NCBI RefSeq assembly: GCF_009914755.1
Contig: NC_060932.1
DNA: 64,000 bases
Source: the human T2T-CHM13v2.0 reference genome, Homo sapiens
Strand: one strand, 5' to 3'
The position numbers and the translations under genes were made by a program. Positions 13,446 to 29,263 of the stretch are shown here, in pieces. The notes below the pieces were generated by a model. The model was not told where the DNA came from, did not search any database, and saw only the letters and a program-made list of their open reading frames with translations. Every line of letters begins with the position of its first letter. The stretch's first letter is position 1.

Positions 13446-14142
13446 CTGGGCTTCCAAGGAATCTGCAGTCCTCTTCACTGCCTCTTCCTGAGTACTCACT
13501 GTGTTCCAGGCTTCTCTCAGCCCTTCCTGGGTACAGTGCTAGGAAGTAAAGAGTCATATCCACTCCAGTAAATGATTGCTGAGTGGATGAATATAGCTAT
13601 TTTCACCACCAAGATAAAGATGGGAAAGTGAGACTCAGAAATAAGAAACTTGCCTAAGGTCTACACAGTTTACCAGTGCAAGTGCTGGGATTGAACCCTG
13701 GCCTGTCTGACATAGAGGCCACTATTGGCCCAGGACAAAAGCTTGTCTGCAGAGGACAGAGCAGGAGCAGCGCTGTCCATCCAGTCTGGGCGATATTCTT
13801 TGCAGTGGGCCCAGGGGTGATAGGAACTTGTTGCATGGATGAAGTGGAACTTTTCTTCCCAGAAAAGAAGACAAGAAGACAGGGCTCTGACACCCATGGT
13901 CTCCAGCAGCCCTTTTTGCCTGGAGCAAGTATGCCCAACCCCCCTTTGGCTCTTGAATAAGAAGGAAAGGCCTTACCATATGAGCAGGAATTGTGCATCC
14001 AGGCATGTGGCTTACTCACCTTTCCTGCTATGCCTAACCTTCTCTTCTCCTTTCTCTGTCTCCTCAGACCCTCAGGGGGCACACATTTCAGCATAAGCTA
14101 CAGAGTTTTGTCCGCATTCACATTCCTCTCCATCTGCCATGA

Positions 14143-14455
<313 letters not shown>

Positions 14456-14778
14456 GACTTGTTTTTTTACTAGCCGTCAATCTCCAACCCTCTGTCACAG
14501 CCTAACAGGTGCCAGGGGGAAGACTTAGGACTGGGGTCTCATCGTTGGTTATGGGCACTTTAGGGTTAAATAAAGCTATGTAAGACACCTCCCCAAAAAA
14601 TAAAAACAAAAACTAAAGACCACCAAAGAAAGTAGGAAACCTCAAAAAACTGAGAATCACTATTACCTTAAAGCCCAAGTGCTCTAGGAGGAGGCAAAAG
14701 AAAATGAAAACAGAGCAGGTTATGACTCAGCTAACTGATGTCATGGCTGTTACATGTCCCATCTCATGTCATCTAAAT

Positions 14779-14981
14779 CAGGGGCCAGCAAACTGACAGG
14801 CTATCAGTTTTTGTAAATAAAATTGTATTGGCACATAGCCATGTCAATTCTTCTATGTGCTATCAGTGCTGCTTAGGTACCATTATAACAGCAGAGTCTG
14901 GTCCTGACAGAGACCCTGTGGCCTGCAAAAAGCCTAAAATAGTTTCTGTCTAACCCTTAAAGAAAAAGATTGCCAGCCCCG
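14779..14981. mobile_element. MER58-like hAT DNA transposon
   Basis: Ends CAGGGGCCAGCAAACT and TTGCCAGCCCCG; internal TTTTTGTAAATAAAATTGTATTGG. Confidence 0.75.
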
Positions 14982-16313
14982 GTTCTAAACTGCACTTCTG
15001 ATTTCTAACTAGTCGGAGCTATTTTTTTATGGAGGGCAGACAGTTTCTCATTTGCTCTGCATAGCAGGCCTTGGCAGCCGAGGGCCAGGGAGGAGCTTGC
15101 CCAGATCATGCAGCCAGTCCCTACACAGCTGGCATTCACCTCCAGGTCTGCCTGACCCTGAAGCCTGCACCCTGATCCCCTGCTCCTCTGCCTCCATCCC
15201 CTGCTGGGCCTCTGCAGGAGACGGTCCAGGCCCACACTGCTTAGAGAGGTTTCCAAGAGTACATGATCTGTTAGGGATTGTTTGTGACAGTTAGCTTTCA
15301 GGTGAGAGCTCTTGAGAAGACCGCCTATATCTCTTCCCATGCAATAGCTCCAGCCCCCTGCCCTGCACTGGCATAGAGCAGGGGCCCAATAATATTTTTT
15401 GATTAAAGGAAGGAATCAATGAAGAGGGCAGCCCTCAAGCCAGGGCACTGCAGTGTAGCATAGAGCAGCCCAGCCTCTGGAACCCATGCCAGGCCACGAG
15501 TTCCAGTCTGCTATGACCTTGGACAAGGTAGACTACCTCTCTGGGCCTCGCTTTTCTCATCCGTAAAATGGGGATAAGGACAGCATCAACCCCAAATGCC
15601 CACTGTGAGGTTACAGGAGCTACTGCAGGTTGTGTGCATGGAACATTCTTAGCATATCTGTCACCACCGGGACAGAAACGGGCTGTTATTATCGAGGCTT
15701 CAGGCTGTTTACTGAGGATTCTTTAGAAATGGAGAAAGGAAGAGTAGAATGCTGGTCTTCGGACAGTCCGGCCAAGTGAGACTGTCAGGCAGATGACTGT
15801 GGTGAAGATGGCCCAGCAAGCCCCTCCTCTACTCAGATCGCCCTTGGAAAAGCCAGTCTGAGAATTGCTGTCCTGGTCTCTTCACTGGGGCTGGGAAAGG
15901 CAAGGCATCTGGCCTCAGCCTCCCTGGACACCTGCTCCTGAGGAGCCTGCAGATTCCTCAGGAACTACTGCTGCACTCCAGTGTTGGGATGGCAGCAGCA
16001 AGACCTTCAAGCTGCATGCTGGGGCGAAGTTCTGCCCCAGGGGCTTGTGTTCACCCCAAGACTGTCAGTGCGCCACCCATATTGGTCAGGTGCTTCCCAG
16101 TGGCCTCCGTGGGGCAGGCCACTCCAGCCGGCCAGCTTTCTTGCTTTGCAGAAAGTCACTGGGCTGAGCAGCAGGCAGGGAGTTGGGGAGCCCCTTGCCA
16201 TTTATTTGCTGGTCACTCACAGGGTGTTCGATGGTTTCAATTGGAGCTGTTGAACTGTGGCCTAAGTCAATTATCACTGGGTTGCTCCTGCTTGAGTTAG
16301 ATGTGCCCCAACC

Positions 16314-16740
16314 CAGTGGCACAGTGGAATCAGCTTTAAAAATAGCTGTGCGTTGGGAGACCGAGGTGGTCGGATCACAAGGTCAGGAGTTCAAGACCAG
16401 CCTGACCAACATGGTGCAACCCTGTCTCTACTAAAAATACAAAATATTAGCTGGGTGTGGTGGCAGGCACCTGTAATCCCAGCTACTCAAGAGGCTAAGG
16501 CAGGAGGATCACTTGAACCCAGGAGGCAGAGGTTGCAGTAAGCCGAGATCCCGCTATTGCACTCTACCCTGGGCAACAGTGCAAGACTCTGTCTCAAAAA
16601 AAATAATAATAAATAAATAGAAATAGCTTTGCCAGGGTTCCGCTCCCAGAGAAGCTGATGACATAATTGCTCTGGGAAGGACTGGGGCATCTGTGCTTCT
16701 TGAAGCTCCCAGGTGATCCTAATGTCAGCCAAGTTTGAGC
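16314..16740. mobile_element. MER5-like element interrupted by a 5'-truncated sense Alu (16353-16619)
   Basis: AAGCTCCCAGGTGATCCTAATG...CCAAGTTTGAG is MER5-like; AAATAGCT flanks the Alu. Confidence 0.75.
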
Positions 16741-16772
16741 TGTATATTAAAAAAAATTTTTGATTAAAACAA

Positions 16773-17052
16773 ATTTTTAGAGAGAGAGTCTCATTCTGTC
16801 ACACAGGTTGGAGTGCAGTGATGTAATCATAGCTCACTATAACCTCGAACTACTGGCTTCAAGCAATCCTCCCGAGTAGCTAGGACTACAGGTTCATGCC
16901 ACAATGTCCAGTTAAGTTTTTATATATGTATATATTTTTTGTAGAGATGGAGTTTTGCTATGTTGCCCAGGCTGGTCTTGAACTCCAAGCAATCCTCCTG
17001 CCTTGACCTCCCAAAGTGCCAGGATTACAGGTGTGGGCCACCATGCCTGGCT
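16773..17052 (-). mobile_element. AluJ-like
   Basis: Diverged antisense Alu (ATCATAGCTCACT, AAGCAATCCTCC). Confidence 0.88.
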
Positions 17053-17553
17053 GTTCAGCTGCATTTAGTCATTTACCTGTGTGCCCTCCCTTGCCATGTG
17101 TGCACACCTGGTACCTGAAGACCTGGGAGACGAATCAATGACAGGGGTACATAGGAAATAAGAATAATGGAGAGAGCCACCAGTTAGTGAGCCGCGACTA
17201 CTGCCAGGAGCTACACTAAGTACTCACCATGCTGCTAGGAGGAAAGTTCTGAAATGTCCCCATTTTATGGATGTGAATACTGAGGTCATGGGGGTAAAAT
17301 AACATGCCCAAAGGCACAGAGCTGGTACTGTTGGAGTCAGAACTAGACTTAGGTCCCCTGTGATTCCAAAGTGCTACCTTTGCCTTGGCCACCCCTGCTT
17401 GGACTTTCAGTGAGGACAACTGTGTGTTGGGATTGTGGTCCACACTGGAAATCCCAACTAGGTCCCACCTGATGGAAAACTAAAGTTCCTCATTACTTCT
17501 AGTGCCAGTGTAGAAGCTGACCCAAGTTGCCTTTTTGAAAAAAAAAAAAAGAA

Positions 17554-17877
<324 letters not shown>

Positions 17878-18248
17878 TTATTTCTTGGCCTCTCAGCAGG
17901 GCTTTATATTTTCGAAGGGTGGGCACTTAAATTACACAGATTGGGTTTTTCTGTTCCTCTTTGAACACTGGGCTGTGTGAGGAGGAGGAGGAAGAAGACT
18001 GAATCTTACAGAGCTGAGATGATCAGATACTGCCGGATGTGCCATGGGGCCTGGAGAGCTGACGTTGCTAATATATCACCCCATTGGTGCCTACAGTTTC
18101 CATTCTCTGATTAGAGATCATATTTCTTTGACTTGATGCTCAAATGCCTCTGAGTTTGATCCTTTCTCATATCCTGAATTCTATTTCCAGTTCCCCAGAG
18201 TTTTATCCTAATTTTATCCATTATTGAAGTTTTCCCAAAAAAAGTCAG

Positions 18249-18572
18249 CATCATCATCATCATCATCATCATTATTATTAATTTTTCTTTTGAGATGGAG
18301 TCTCACTCTCACCCAGGCTGGAGGGCAGTGGCACAATCTTGATTCACTGCAACCTCTTTCTCTCGGGTTCAAGCAATTCACCTGCTTCAGCCACCTGAGT
18401 AGCTGGGACTACAGGTGCGCACTGCTACACGGCTCTAACTTTTGTATTTTTTAGTAGAGATGGGGTTTTACCGTGTTGGCCAGGCTAGTCTCAAATTCAT
18501 GACCTCAAATGATCCACCTGCCTCGGCCTCCCAAAGTGCTGGGATTACAGGTGCGAGCCACTGCACCCAGCC
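18249..18572 (-). mobile_element. Alu, AluS-like, with (CAT)n/(TAT)n at its tail
   Basis: Antisense dimer preceded by CAT and TAT triplet runs. Confidence 0.9.
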
Positions 18573-18839
18573 CATCATCATTATTGATGTCATTTATTAC
18601 ACAGCATTGTATTTCCAAAGAATAGATACGGGTGAGAAAACAAAATCAGTAACTCTTCCTTGACTAATCAGATTGTTTTCAGATATCTGATATGTTTTGT
18701 CTTTACATTAATTAATGATTTTATATAGTCATAGGTGTAGGGAATAGTTTGTAGTCACTTTTTTTTAATCCTAAAGCGGAAACATTTTTATTATAATATA
18801 TCCTAAACATTTGATGTACCCTAAATATTTTTTCATTTT

Positions 18840-19300
18840 ATTAAAGCAGCTTACAAATGATCATTTTTAGAGAGTATATAATGCTTCATCAAGTGGACAA
18901 GTCATATTCTAAATCAGTTCTCTGTTGTTAAAAATTAAAGTGCCTAGTAGTTTGCCGTTACACTTCTAAGGGTGCCATGAGCATCTTCGTGCATATAACC
19001 TTTTTCTTCTTGGAAAATCTTTTGGACAGATTCTCAGCAGGATTATTGAGTCAAAGGGCACAGTTTTATGACTCTTGTCCCACATTGCCAAATTACTTTC
19101 AAATAAGGTTGTTTATGCTGCTTCCATCAACATGTGGACATGCCAGTTTCACCACAACCTCATCAACACTGGGTATTATTAGCTTAAAAAAATTATCATT
19201 CAATGGATGCAGAATGATCTCTTGTTAGATTTATATATTTTTTTATCCTTAGTGAGGCCAATTTTCTTTTTTGCCTCTGTGTGTTTACCAACTCTCTTTG
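18840..19300 (-). mobile_element. Ancient L1 (L1M) 3' fragment
   Basis: GATTATTGAGTCAAAGGG, TTGCCAAATTACTTTC, CCTCATCAACACTGGGTATT typical of antisense L1M. Confidence 0.65.
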
Positions 19301-21306
19301 GGAATGCTGACATTGGCTGCTCCTCCAGCCAAGTTCGTTACTTTCCATGTGGATGCCTTCAAGTTGAGCCAGTTGCAACGCAGCCTTGACTTAAAATGAG
19401 CGAGCTTCAACATTGAGCCTTTGTATGAAATTCAGCTTAGCACACTGGCCCCTGAGTTTGAAGGCTGAGATTGCAACACCCTGCTCTTCACGTCGTGGGG
19501 TTCTGCATGAAATCACTGAACTGGCCTTATGGTCTTTATGACTTCAAACTTAACAGTTGTCCCCCTAGATTTGTCTTATGAGCTAGGCAGGGTTTTTCTT
19601 CAGAAAGCTTTGAGATACAGCTCCTTCAACTATTTTTCGGTTTCCTAGCTTGAAAAACGAAGAGAAGAAAAGTCCCTGTGTGTTCATGTTGTCTCTTTAT
19701 TTGTGGGGCTGTTGTGTTTCTAGATGGTTTTTTCTGGTTTTCTCTTGCTGCTTCACTCACCACATCCTGTGGAGCTGGAGGCTTCTCTAGCCCTGTTTGT
19801 CTCTGCCTGTCTGACATTGAGTGCCTGGAGCCCTCCCTAGCTCTCCAGCTGGAACCTTCCTCTGTAGGAAGGCTGAGGCTAGCAGGGAGAAGCCAGGATG
19901 GATTTTAAAGAGCCTTGTTGTCTCTAAGGAAGAGTGGAGCTTACATCTTTGGGTTTGCAGAAATGCCCACATTCAACTCAGGGGGAATAAAAGGATGGGA
20001 GTTAGAATTTCAACTTGCAGTTGCAGAATCTCAGAGTTAAAAGAAACCTCAGAGGTCATCTCTTCCAACCCTTCTCCAGAGCAGCTTTAATTGCCTGTGT
20101 GGGAGATTCAGGGCCAGCAGCTGCAGCTTCCCTTTCCCTGCCTCTGACTTGCCAGGTGAGTTTAGATGAGTTCCTTGCTTTCTTGAGTGTTTATTATTAT
20201 TACTAATAAACAAGAGGATGAATATTTGAAGTTCTTCTGCTGTCTTAAAGCCCTCAAACTCCACTGGCTACTGAAATCTTATATGCAAGCTTTATACCTG
20301 TAACTTGTTAAAGGAGAGCTGCTTTGATAAAAATAGGGTTATAGTCCTCCTGCTGAACCTCCCATCTCCACCTGGCCCCCAGAAGTCACTCAGGAGGCTC
20401 TCTTGACCCCCTAGGGATTTGTGGAGTACAGTTGGAAAGGGTGGCACTGTGACCTATGGTTATAATAACACCGGCACCTACTTATTGAACATTAACCAGG
20501 CATCAGGGGCTTGGCACAGGTCATGTTCAGTTCTGACAGACACTTTGGGGGCTCTGTATCCTTATCCCCATATCATATATCAGGTCTGAGCCTCAGGGAG
20601 GTGCTCGTTGCTCTGCCACACAGAGGTCACACAGGAAGGAAGTGGTGGAGACTCAGTTCCAGCCCAGGTAGCTCAGCAGCAAGGCCTGTCTGCTTCAGCT
20701 CTGAGCTTTACTGCCTCTTTGTGACTTGTGACCTTCAACCTGACACACAGCATCCCAGCCTTCCCTGGAGTTTGGTTTTTTGAGTTGTCATCCCACCTGC
20801 CATCTCTGACAGCCCCAGTATTTAGTGTTTTAGGTGCTCCCAGATCCACGATGTGTAGTAATAGGCTAAAGGCATCAGTGTTCTCTAGAATACTTCGTAC
20901 CACTTAGCAAATAGCCTCTGTGACGCCACTGGTTTTGTGATTTTCCCAAGCAAACTTTACTATCCCTTTCTTATTGTCCTCATCACTTACTCTTGTTTGC
21001 ACAAAGCCCAGGCTCTAATTTATTCCCCTTGTCCTTAATCCTCTCATCTCTTTCTCCAGGTATCACCCTCAGAAATAAGGATGTGCAGTAGGTCTGGTGG
21101 GCATCTGAATGAGGATGGCCCCCAGGGTGTGTACATTTCCTGGGGGGAAACTGAAGCTGGAGTCTGGGCTTCTCAAGTGTGGGTTCTGCCCCTGAAGCTG
21201 TTTTCTCACAATGGAGGCTCCAGGTACTTCCTAAGCCCCCATCTGCTGCAGGAGATACCTGAAGAAACTGTGGACAGTTCAAAGGTTGGATTATTTAAGA
21301 AATCTT

Positions 21307-21599
21307 GGCTGGGCATGGTGGTTCACACCTGTAATCCCAGCACTTTTGGGAGGCTGAGGTGGGCGGATCACTTGAGATCAGGAGTTCGAGACCAGCCTGG
21401 CCAACATGGTGAAACCCCATCTCTACTAAAAATACAAAAAAGTTAGCCTGGCATGGTGGCACATGCCTGTAACCCCAGCTACTCGGGAGGCTGAGGCTGG
21501 AGAATTTCTTGGACCCAGGAGGTGGAGGTTTCAGTGAGCCGAGATCATGCCTCCACACTCCAGCCTCGGCAACGAAGCCAGACTCTGTGTCAAAAAAAA
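21307..21599 (+). mobile_element. Alu, AluSx/Sz-like
   Basis: Sense dimer with short A tail. Confidence 0.92.
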
Positions 21600-22014
21600 G
21601 ATACCTTGTATCAGTTCTGACACTTGCATTACTAGCTGTCACCCAACACCTTAGTTCCATAAGCTTGAAGGCTTCTTATCACTATAGGATTAAGTCTGTA
21701 AACCGCAGTTGTAAGTTCGGTGCCTTCTGTCAACTGTTCATCTCCCCTGGTTGCAGGCATGTTCTCACCCACGTCCGTGGTGATGGGTGTTAGGTGACAG
21801 CATGCTTCCCCATGCATTGCTGGGCTATCCTAGTGACAGTGTTATATTTACCCCAGCATCTGATGAGCAGAGCAGAGTCAGGGCTTATGTGCTAATGTCT
21901 TGTTGCTCTTCTCTTCTCTTGCATGCTTACTTCCACACTGTCACTTCTTTCAAGCTGCTGATCACAAGTTACCTCTTACAGGAAGTTCTCCATGAGTAGC
22001 TTACTTCTCTTTCT

Positions 22015-22852
<838 letters not shown>

Positions 22853-23325
22853 CGGTTGCCATTTTTAGCATTATTGTTATTTGGACATTGTGATTAATAC
22901 TTTACACAAATGACACAATTTAACCTGTACCAAATAATCATCTTTCATTTATTGTCTAACAATAAACTCAACCAAATGTGTAAGTTCATCTATCTATTTG
23001 TCCATCTGGTCATCATCTAATCACCCAACAGAAGTTTTACCAAACTCCTTTTTTATATTAGGTGCTAGGTGAACAAAGTTGAAGAAAATGGGTCTCTAAC
23101 TCAATGAGCTGGGATTCATCCACGCATTCAAACGATCACAAGTGTTTGCACACTGCTCACTACCCTTGCTTGTTGATGCCAGCCTTGAGTCCAGGCTTTC
23201 CATCCTTGTCAGCAAGGTGTTCCCACAAAGTAGCTCCCATTTGCTATGATATGTTTGCCCTTCTGGTCCTGGAACCTTCATCTTGGTGACACAAGGCCTG
23301 AGCATCTGTCATATAAACCTTTGCG

Positions 23326-23680
23326 ATGCAGGCTGTGTTCTCTAGGAAACAGACGCTAAGATGTAGATTAGCAAGTAGGATGTTTATTATGGGATTCCTT
23401 TGGGATCAACAGCTGTGAAACTGAAGGAGAAGAAACCATAGTTGGGCAGAGGGAGAAGTGGAGCTGTAACAATGTCCCAACAAAGGCCAATGCCAGAGGA
23501 GCCTGGGAGCTAGACTGATCCTTCAGAATTGTCCTGAATTGAGGTGAGGGTTGATCAGTCATTTCATGTGCCCCCGACCCCACCACCCAAAGGATGCCTA
23601 ATCTTGAACAAGGTGATTGTATTCGGCCAAGGCAGTTCCCAGAGAGGGCTGATAGCTGATGGTCATCTGCCAGCACTTTA
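23326..23680 (-). mobile_element. LTR33-like ERVL solo LTR
   Basis: TTGGGCAGAGGGAGAAGTGGAGCTG and CCTTCAGAATTGTCCTGAATTGAGG resemble the reverse LTR33 consensus. Confidence 0.65.
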
Positions 23681-23720
23681 GTAACTGCTTTAGAAGAAGC
23701 CTGGATGGAGAAACATCTGC

Positions 23721-24038
23721 TTTGTTTTTTTGTTGTGGTGGTGGTTTGTTTTCAGTGAAAGGGTCTTGCTCTGTCACCCAGGTTGGAGTGTATTGGCATG
23801 ATCATAGCCCACTACAGCCTTGATCTCCTGGGCTCAGGCGATCCTTCCACCTCAGCCTCCCAAGTAGTTAGACCTACAGGTCCATACCACAGCATCCGGC
23901 TAATTTTTAAAATATTTTTGTAGAGATGGGGTCTCACTGTGCTCCCCAGGCTGGTCTTGAGCTCCTGGCATTAAGCAATCTTCCTGCCTCGACCTCCTGA
24001 AGCGCTGGGATTATAGGTGTGAACCACTGTGCCTGGCC
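23721..24038 (-). mobile_element. AluJ-like
   Basis: Diverged antisense dimer; TSD AAA(C/T)ATCTGCTTTG. Confidence 0.9.
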
Positions 24039-24647
24039 AAATATCTGCTTTGCTTACCATTTTATCCCCAGTATCTAGTACATAAAAGCACACAGTATTG
24101 GGGGGAATGGAATTACCTAAGCTTTACGGAAGCACTGTGAGTAATTCATTTAGCAAATATGTATATCTATTATGTTCCTATGACATGTCAGTCACGATTA
24201 CTACCCTTACAGAGGTTATAGTCTAGGGGGTTTGGGCTGAGCGGTGGCTCAACACTGACTTCCTGGAAGAGGCAACCTGCATACTGGGGGCGTGACTTCC
24301 TGGACGATGGGCTCTGGGCCAGCGTTGGGCTCAGTGTTTCCTGGGTTCCCTAGAAGGTGGCTTATTGAGCTGGAGACTTGAATGGATATGGGATGTTTTC
24401 TCAGGGAGGGGGCTCTCTGTTGCAGCCCACCTCTGGGCGCACCTGTCCACCATAGGAAATTCCCTGCTTCACTTACCTTCATTGACGTTTGAACTCCCAG
24501 GAGCCTGGAACTTCCCCAGGTGCCCCATTGGCTTGGTGACTTTACATCATTACATCAGTTGAGTAATTGAAGAATGGAGGAACCATTCTTTTGAGCTAAG
24601 TGGAAAAATATATTTTCTCCTCTGTGAGTCACCAAAAACTACAGCTT

Positions 24648-24953
24648 CTTTTTTTTTTTTTTTTTTTTGTTTGAGACAGAGTCTCGCTCTGTTGCCCAGG
24701 ATATAGTGCAGTGGTGCAATCTTGGTTCACTGCAATTTTCACCCCCTGGGTTCAAGTGATTCCTTGCCTCAGCCTCTTGAGTAGGTGGGATTACGGGCAT
24801 CCACCACAACACCCAGCTAATTTTTGTATTTTTAGTAGAGATGGGGTTTCACCATGTTGGCCAGGCTGGTCTTGAACTTCAGACCTCAAGAGATCCACTG
24901 CCTTGTCCTCTCAAAGTGCTGGGATTATAGACGTGAGCTACCGCGCCCAGGCT
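24648..24953 (-). mobile_element. Alu, AluS-like
   Basis: Antisense dimer with poly(T). Confidence 0.92.
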
Positions 24954-26384
24954 TAGAGCCCAGCTTATACCCAGTTACTTAGCTTCTGTGTGTGTGTGTG
25001 TTTGTAAATGAACTATTATATTTCAGGAAGTTCCTAGCAGGGAGGATGAGATGGAATCAGTGAATTTTAGATCTCAAGGAGAACTAGAGATTGCTTGGTC
25101 CAACCTCTTTCCTCTGCAAGAGGGCCCTTGTGGGGAAGGGACTGGCCAAGGCTACCCAAAGAGCTTGGAGAGAGGTGCAGGGCATGTGACCATGTGCAAA
25201 GCATTTGCCAGTAGAGTTCGGCATTTTTTCCTGGCGCGTTCACCTCCTGACAGGGCACCAGGAAGGTGCTGCACAGCCTGGCATGTGGTGGGTGGTGTTT
25301 ATCTGCACAAGTCACCCAAGTGATCAGAACGCTTTTACGGAAAACAATGGCTTTGATGTTCTGGGTGACAAGACCAAAGCATGCTGGCGGGAAGGGAGGT
25401 TTTTGGGGTTAGAGAAATGAAAACTATTTACATTTAGGGCTGACTTAATAACTTAACACCTCTGAAGTGGGAGGATGTTTTTGAGGGAAAGTTGAATGTA
25501 AGTGTAGTACAAAAAGGAAAGTTTGAGGTAGAAGACTAGGAGTGGAAATACTTCTAATGGCTCAGGGAAAACGTCCTGGTAAGGTTGAACTTCCAGATGC
25601 CTCCTTTCTTCCCACACCCCCACTGCATCCTCTGTTTCTACGGTGAGATTTGCATGGCACTTTACAGTTTCCAAAGCATTTCCTCACATATTATCTTCTT
25701 CAGTCCTCCCAGGAGGTGGTGCCACCAAAGGCTGTCTGACCACACCTGCGGCTTTTGGAGGGAGCTTGGCTTGGAACCCAGGGTTCTCTGAGTCAAAATC
25801 CTTTTTTCCTGGGACAGTGGTGGTCCTCACATTCCCTTCAAGACTATAGACTTTAGAAGCCCAGTCTCTGGCGCTAGACTTCCTTCCTTCACCTACCAGG
25901 CTTCTCCCTCTGCAGAGGTCTTGGGCGCCTTTTGTGACCATTCTGTGACCTGGTTTCTTGAAATGTAAGATGGGGATAATGTGAGCACCTACCCACCTTC
26001 TTGGGTTGTTGTAGGGATGAAAACATCTTCACAGTTCCTGGCACCTATTGGAGTTGGATAACGATGTTAGGATTACTTGAGGCTGGCTTTCCTACCTTGT
26101 TTTAACAGCAGCTCTAGAGTTTCAGAAACATAAGGACTGGACTTTTGGTGATCAAATCTAAACACTCTCCAGTAAAATCAGTGATGCTGCTGACTCTGAG
26201 TCTTTAATCATTCTAGTCTCTTCACCCTCTGAAAACAAGAGGATGTGTAGCGTAGTGAGCAACAGCTGTGTGCCGGGGACTCAGCATTAAGTAGCATGGG
26301 ATTACTCATGACTTCGCACTCATGGCAGCCTCACAGGTAACTTTGTCAATTTCTTTTTTTCCTTTTATATTAAAAAAACAAAAT

Positions 26385-26540
26385 GGCTGGGTTCAGTGGC
26401 TCATGCCTGTGATCTCAGCACTTTGGGAGGCAGGGGAGGGAGGATGGCTTGAGCTCAAGAGTTCCAGACCAGCCTGGGCAACACAGTGAGACTCTGCCTC
26501 TACAAAAATAATTAATTAATTAATTAATTAATTAATAAAA
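26385..26540 (+). mobile_element. FLAM/left Alu monomer with (TTAA)n tail
   Basis: Single left arm ending TCTACAAAAATA followed by ATTA repeats. Confidence 0.85.
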
Positions 26541-27334
26541 TAAATGAATCAATTAAAAGAATTAAGAAAAACAAAACAAAACTTTTTGAATAAGTAAAGC
26601 ATTTACAAGACACAAAATCCAAAAGGTATACAAAGTTTTCCAATGAAGACTGCCAACCCTCATGTCCCCAGACCCCTGTTTCTCCTCCCTGGGACACAGT
26701 TGTTGCAGGTTTCTTGCTCCTTCTTCCTGAAAGAGTCTGTGCATTATTGAAAAGAAGATGTGTGTCCATGAGTACATCTACAGACGAGTGTTGAGCACCT
26801 GTTGTGCACAGTGGTGGGGGCAGTGTGATGGGAGTACACAGGGCAGGGAGACACGGGTCTGGGCTCCCCTGAAGTTTGCAGCCGTATTAAGGGCTCGGCC
26901 TTACAGTGCGTGGGGCCTCGGCTTCAGAGGAAGGGCTGATCTTGGGGCTGGCTGCTGCTTGACTTGGAGTACCTGCCTCCCTCTGGCCTCCTGTTGAGGC
27001 AGCCTGGGGTCAAATCCCAGCTCACCTATGTGCCAGGCTGCTGGATGGCTCGGATGTGGCCTAATTATTTCCTGATGGCCCTGCCAGCCTGGCCATGGGC
27101 TGTAGGAACAGTAGTAGCCATCCATTTTTCTTTCTTCTTCTTGGACGGAGGTGGTGGTTCAAATGAAATTTCAGCCTTACCCTTTGTAGTTTTCTACGTA
27201 ATAAATCCTAACATTTGTGATTAAGGTGACATAGGTTTTTTTGAGAAAGGCTTTGATTTCTTGCTTGCATGGATGGTTAATACTCCAGGCTCTTCAGGGT
27301 GATTCTCGCCCTCTTGTTCTGTAGCTTGTGGTCC

Positions 27335-28147
<813 letters not shown>

Positions 28148-28382
28148 TAATCCTCAATGGTCCCCTATGGCTGCTGATCACGTCCGCGTCTCTGTAGATA
28201 AGAAAACGGAGCCATCGGGAAGTAGAGTGGTTTGTCAATAGTCACATTCTCAGCAAGTGGCAGAGCTAGGATTCAAATCCAGGCTATCTGTCCTGAAACC
28301 TAATTTGCCTACCAGGCAACAGGAATAAGGACAACAATTAGACCCTGAGAATAACAAAGTGTTTATCAAGCACCCACTCTGA

Positions 28383-29263
<881 letters not shown>

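Noticed and set aside
18679-18690. Palindrome TCAGATATCTGA
   Set aside because: 12-bp palindromes are expected many times in a window of this size.
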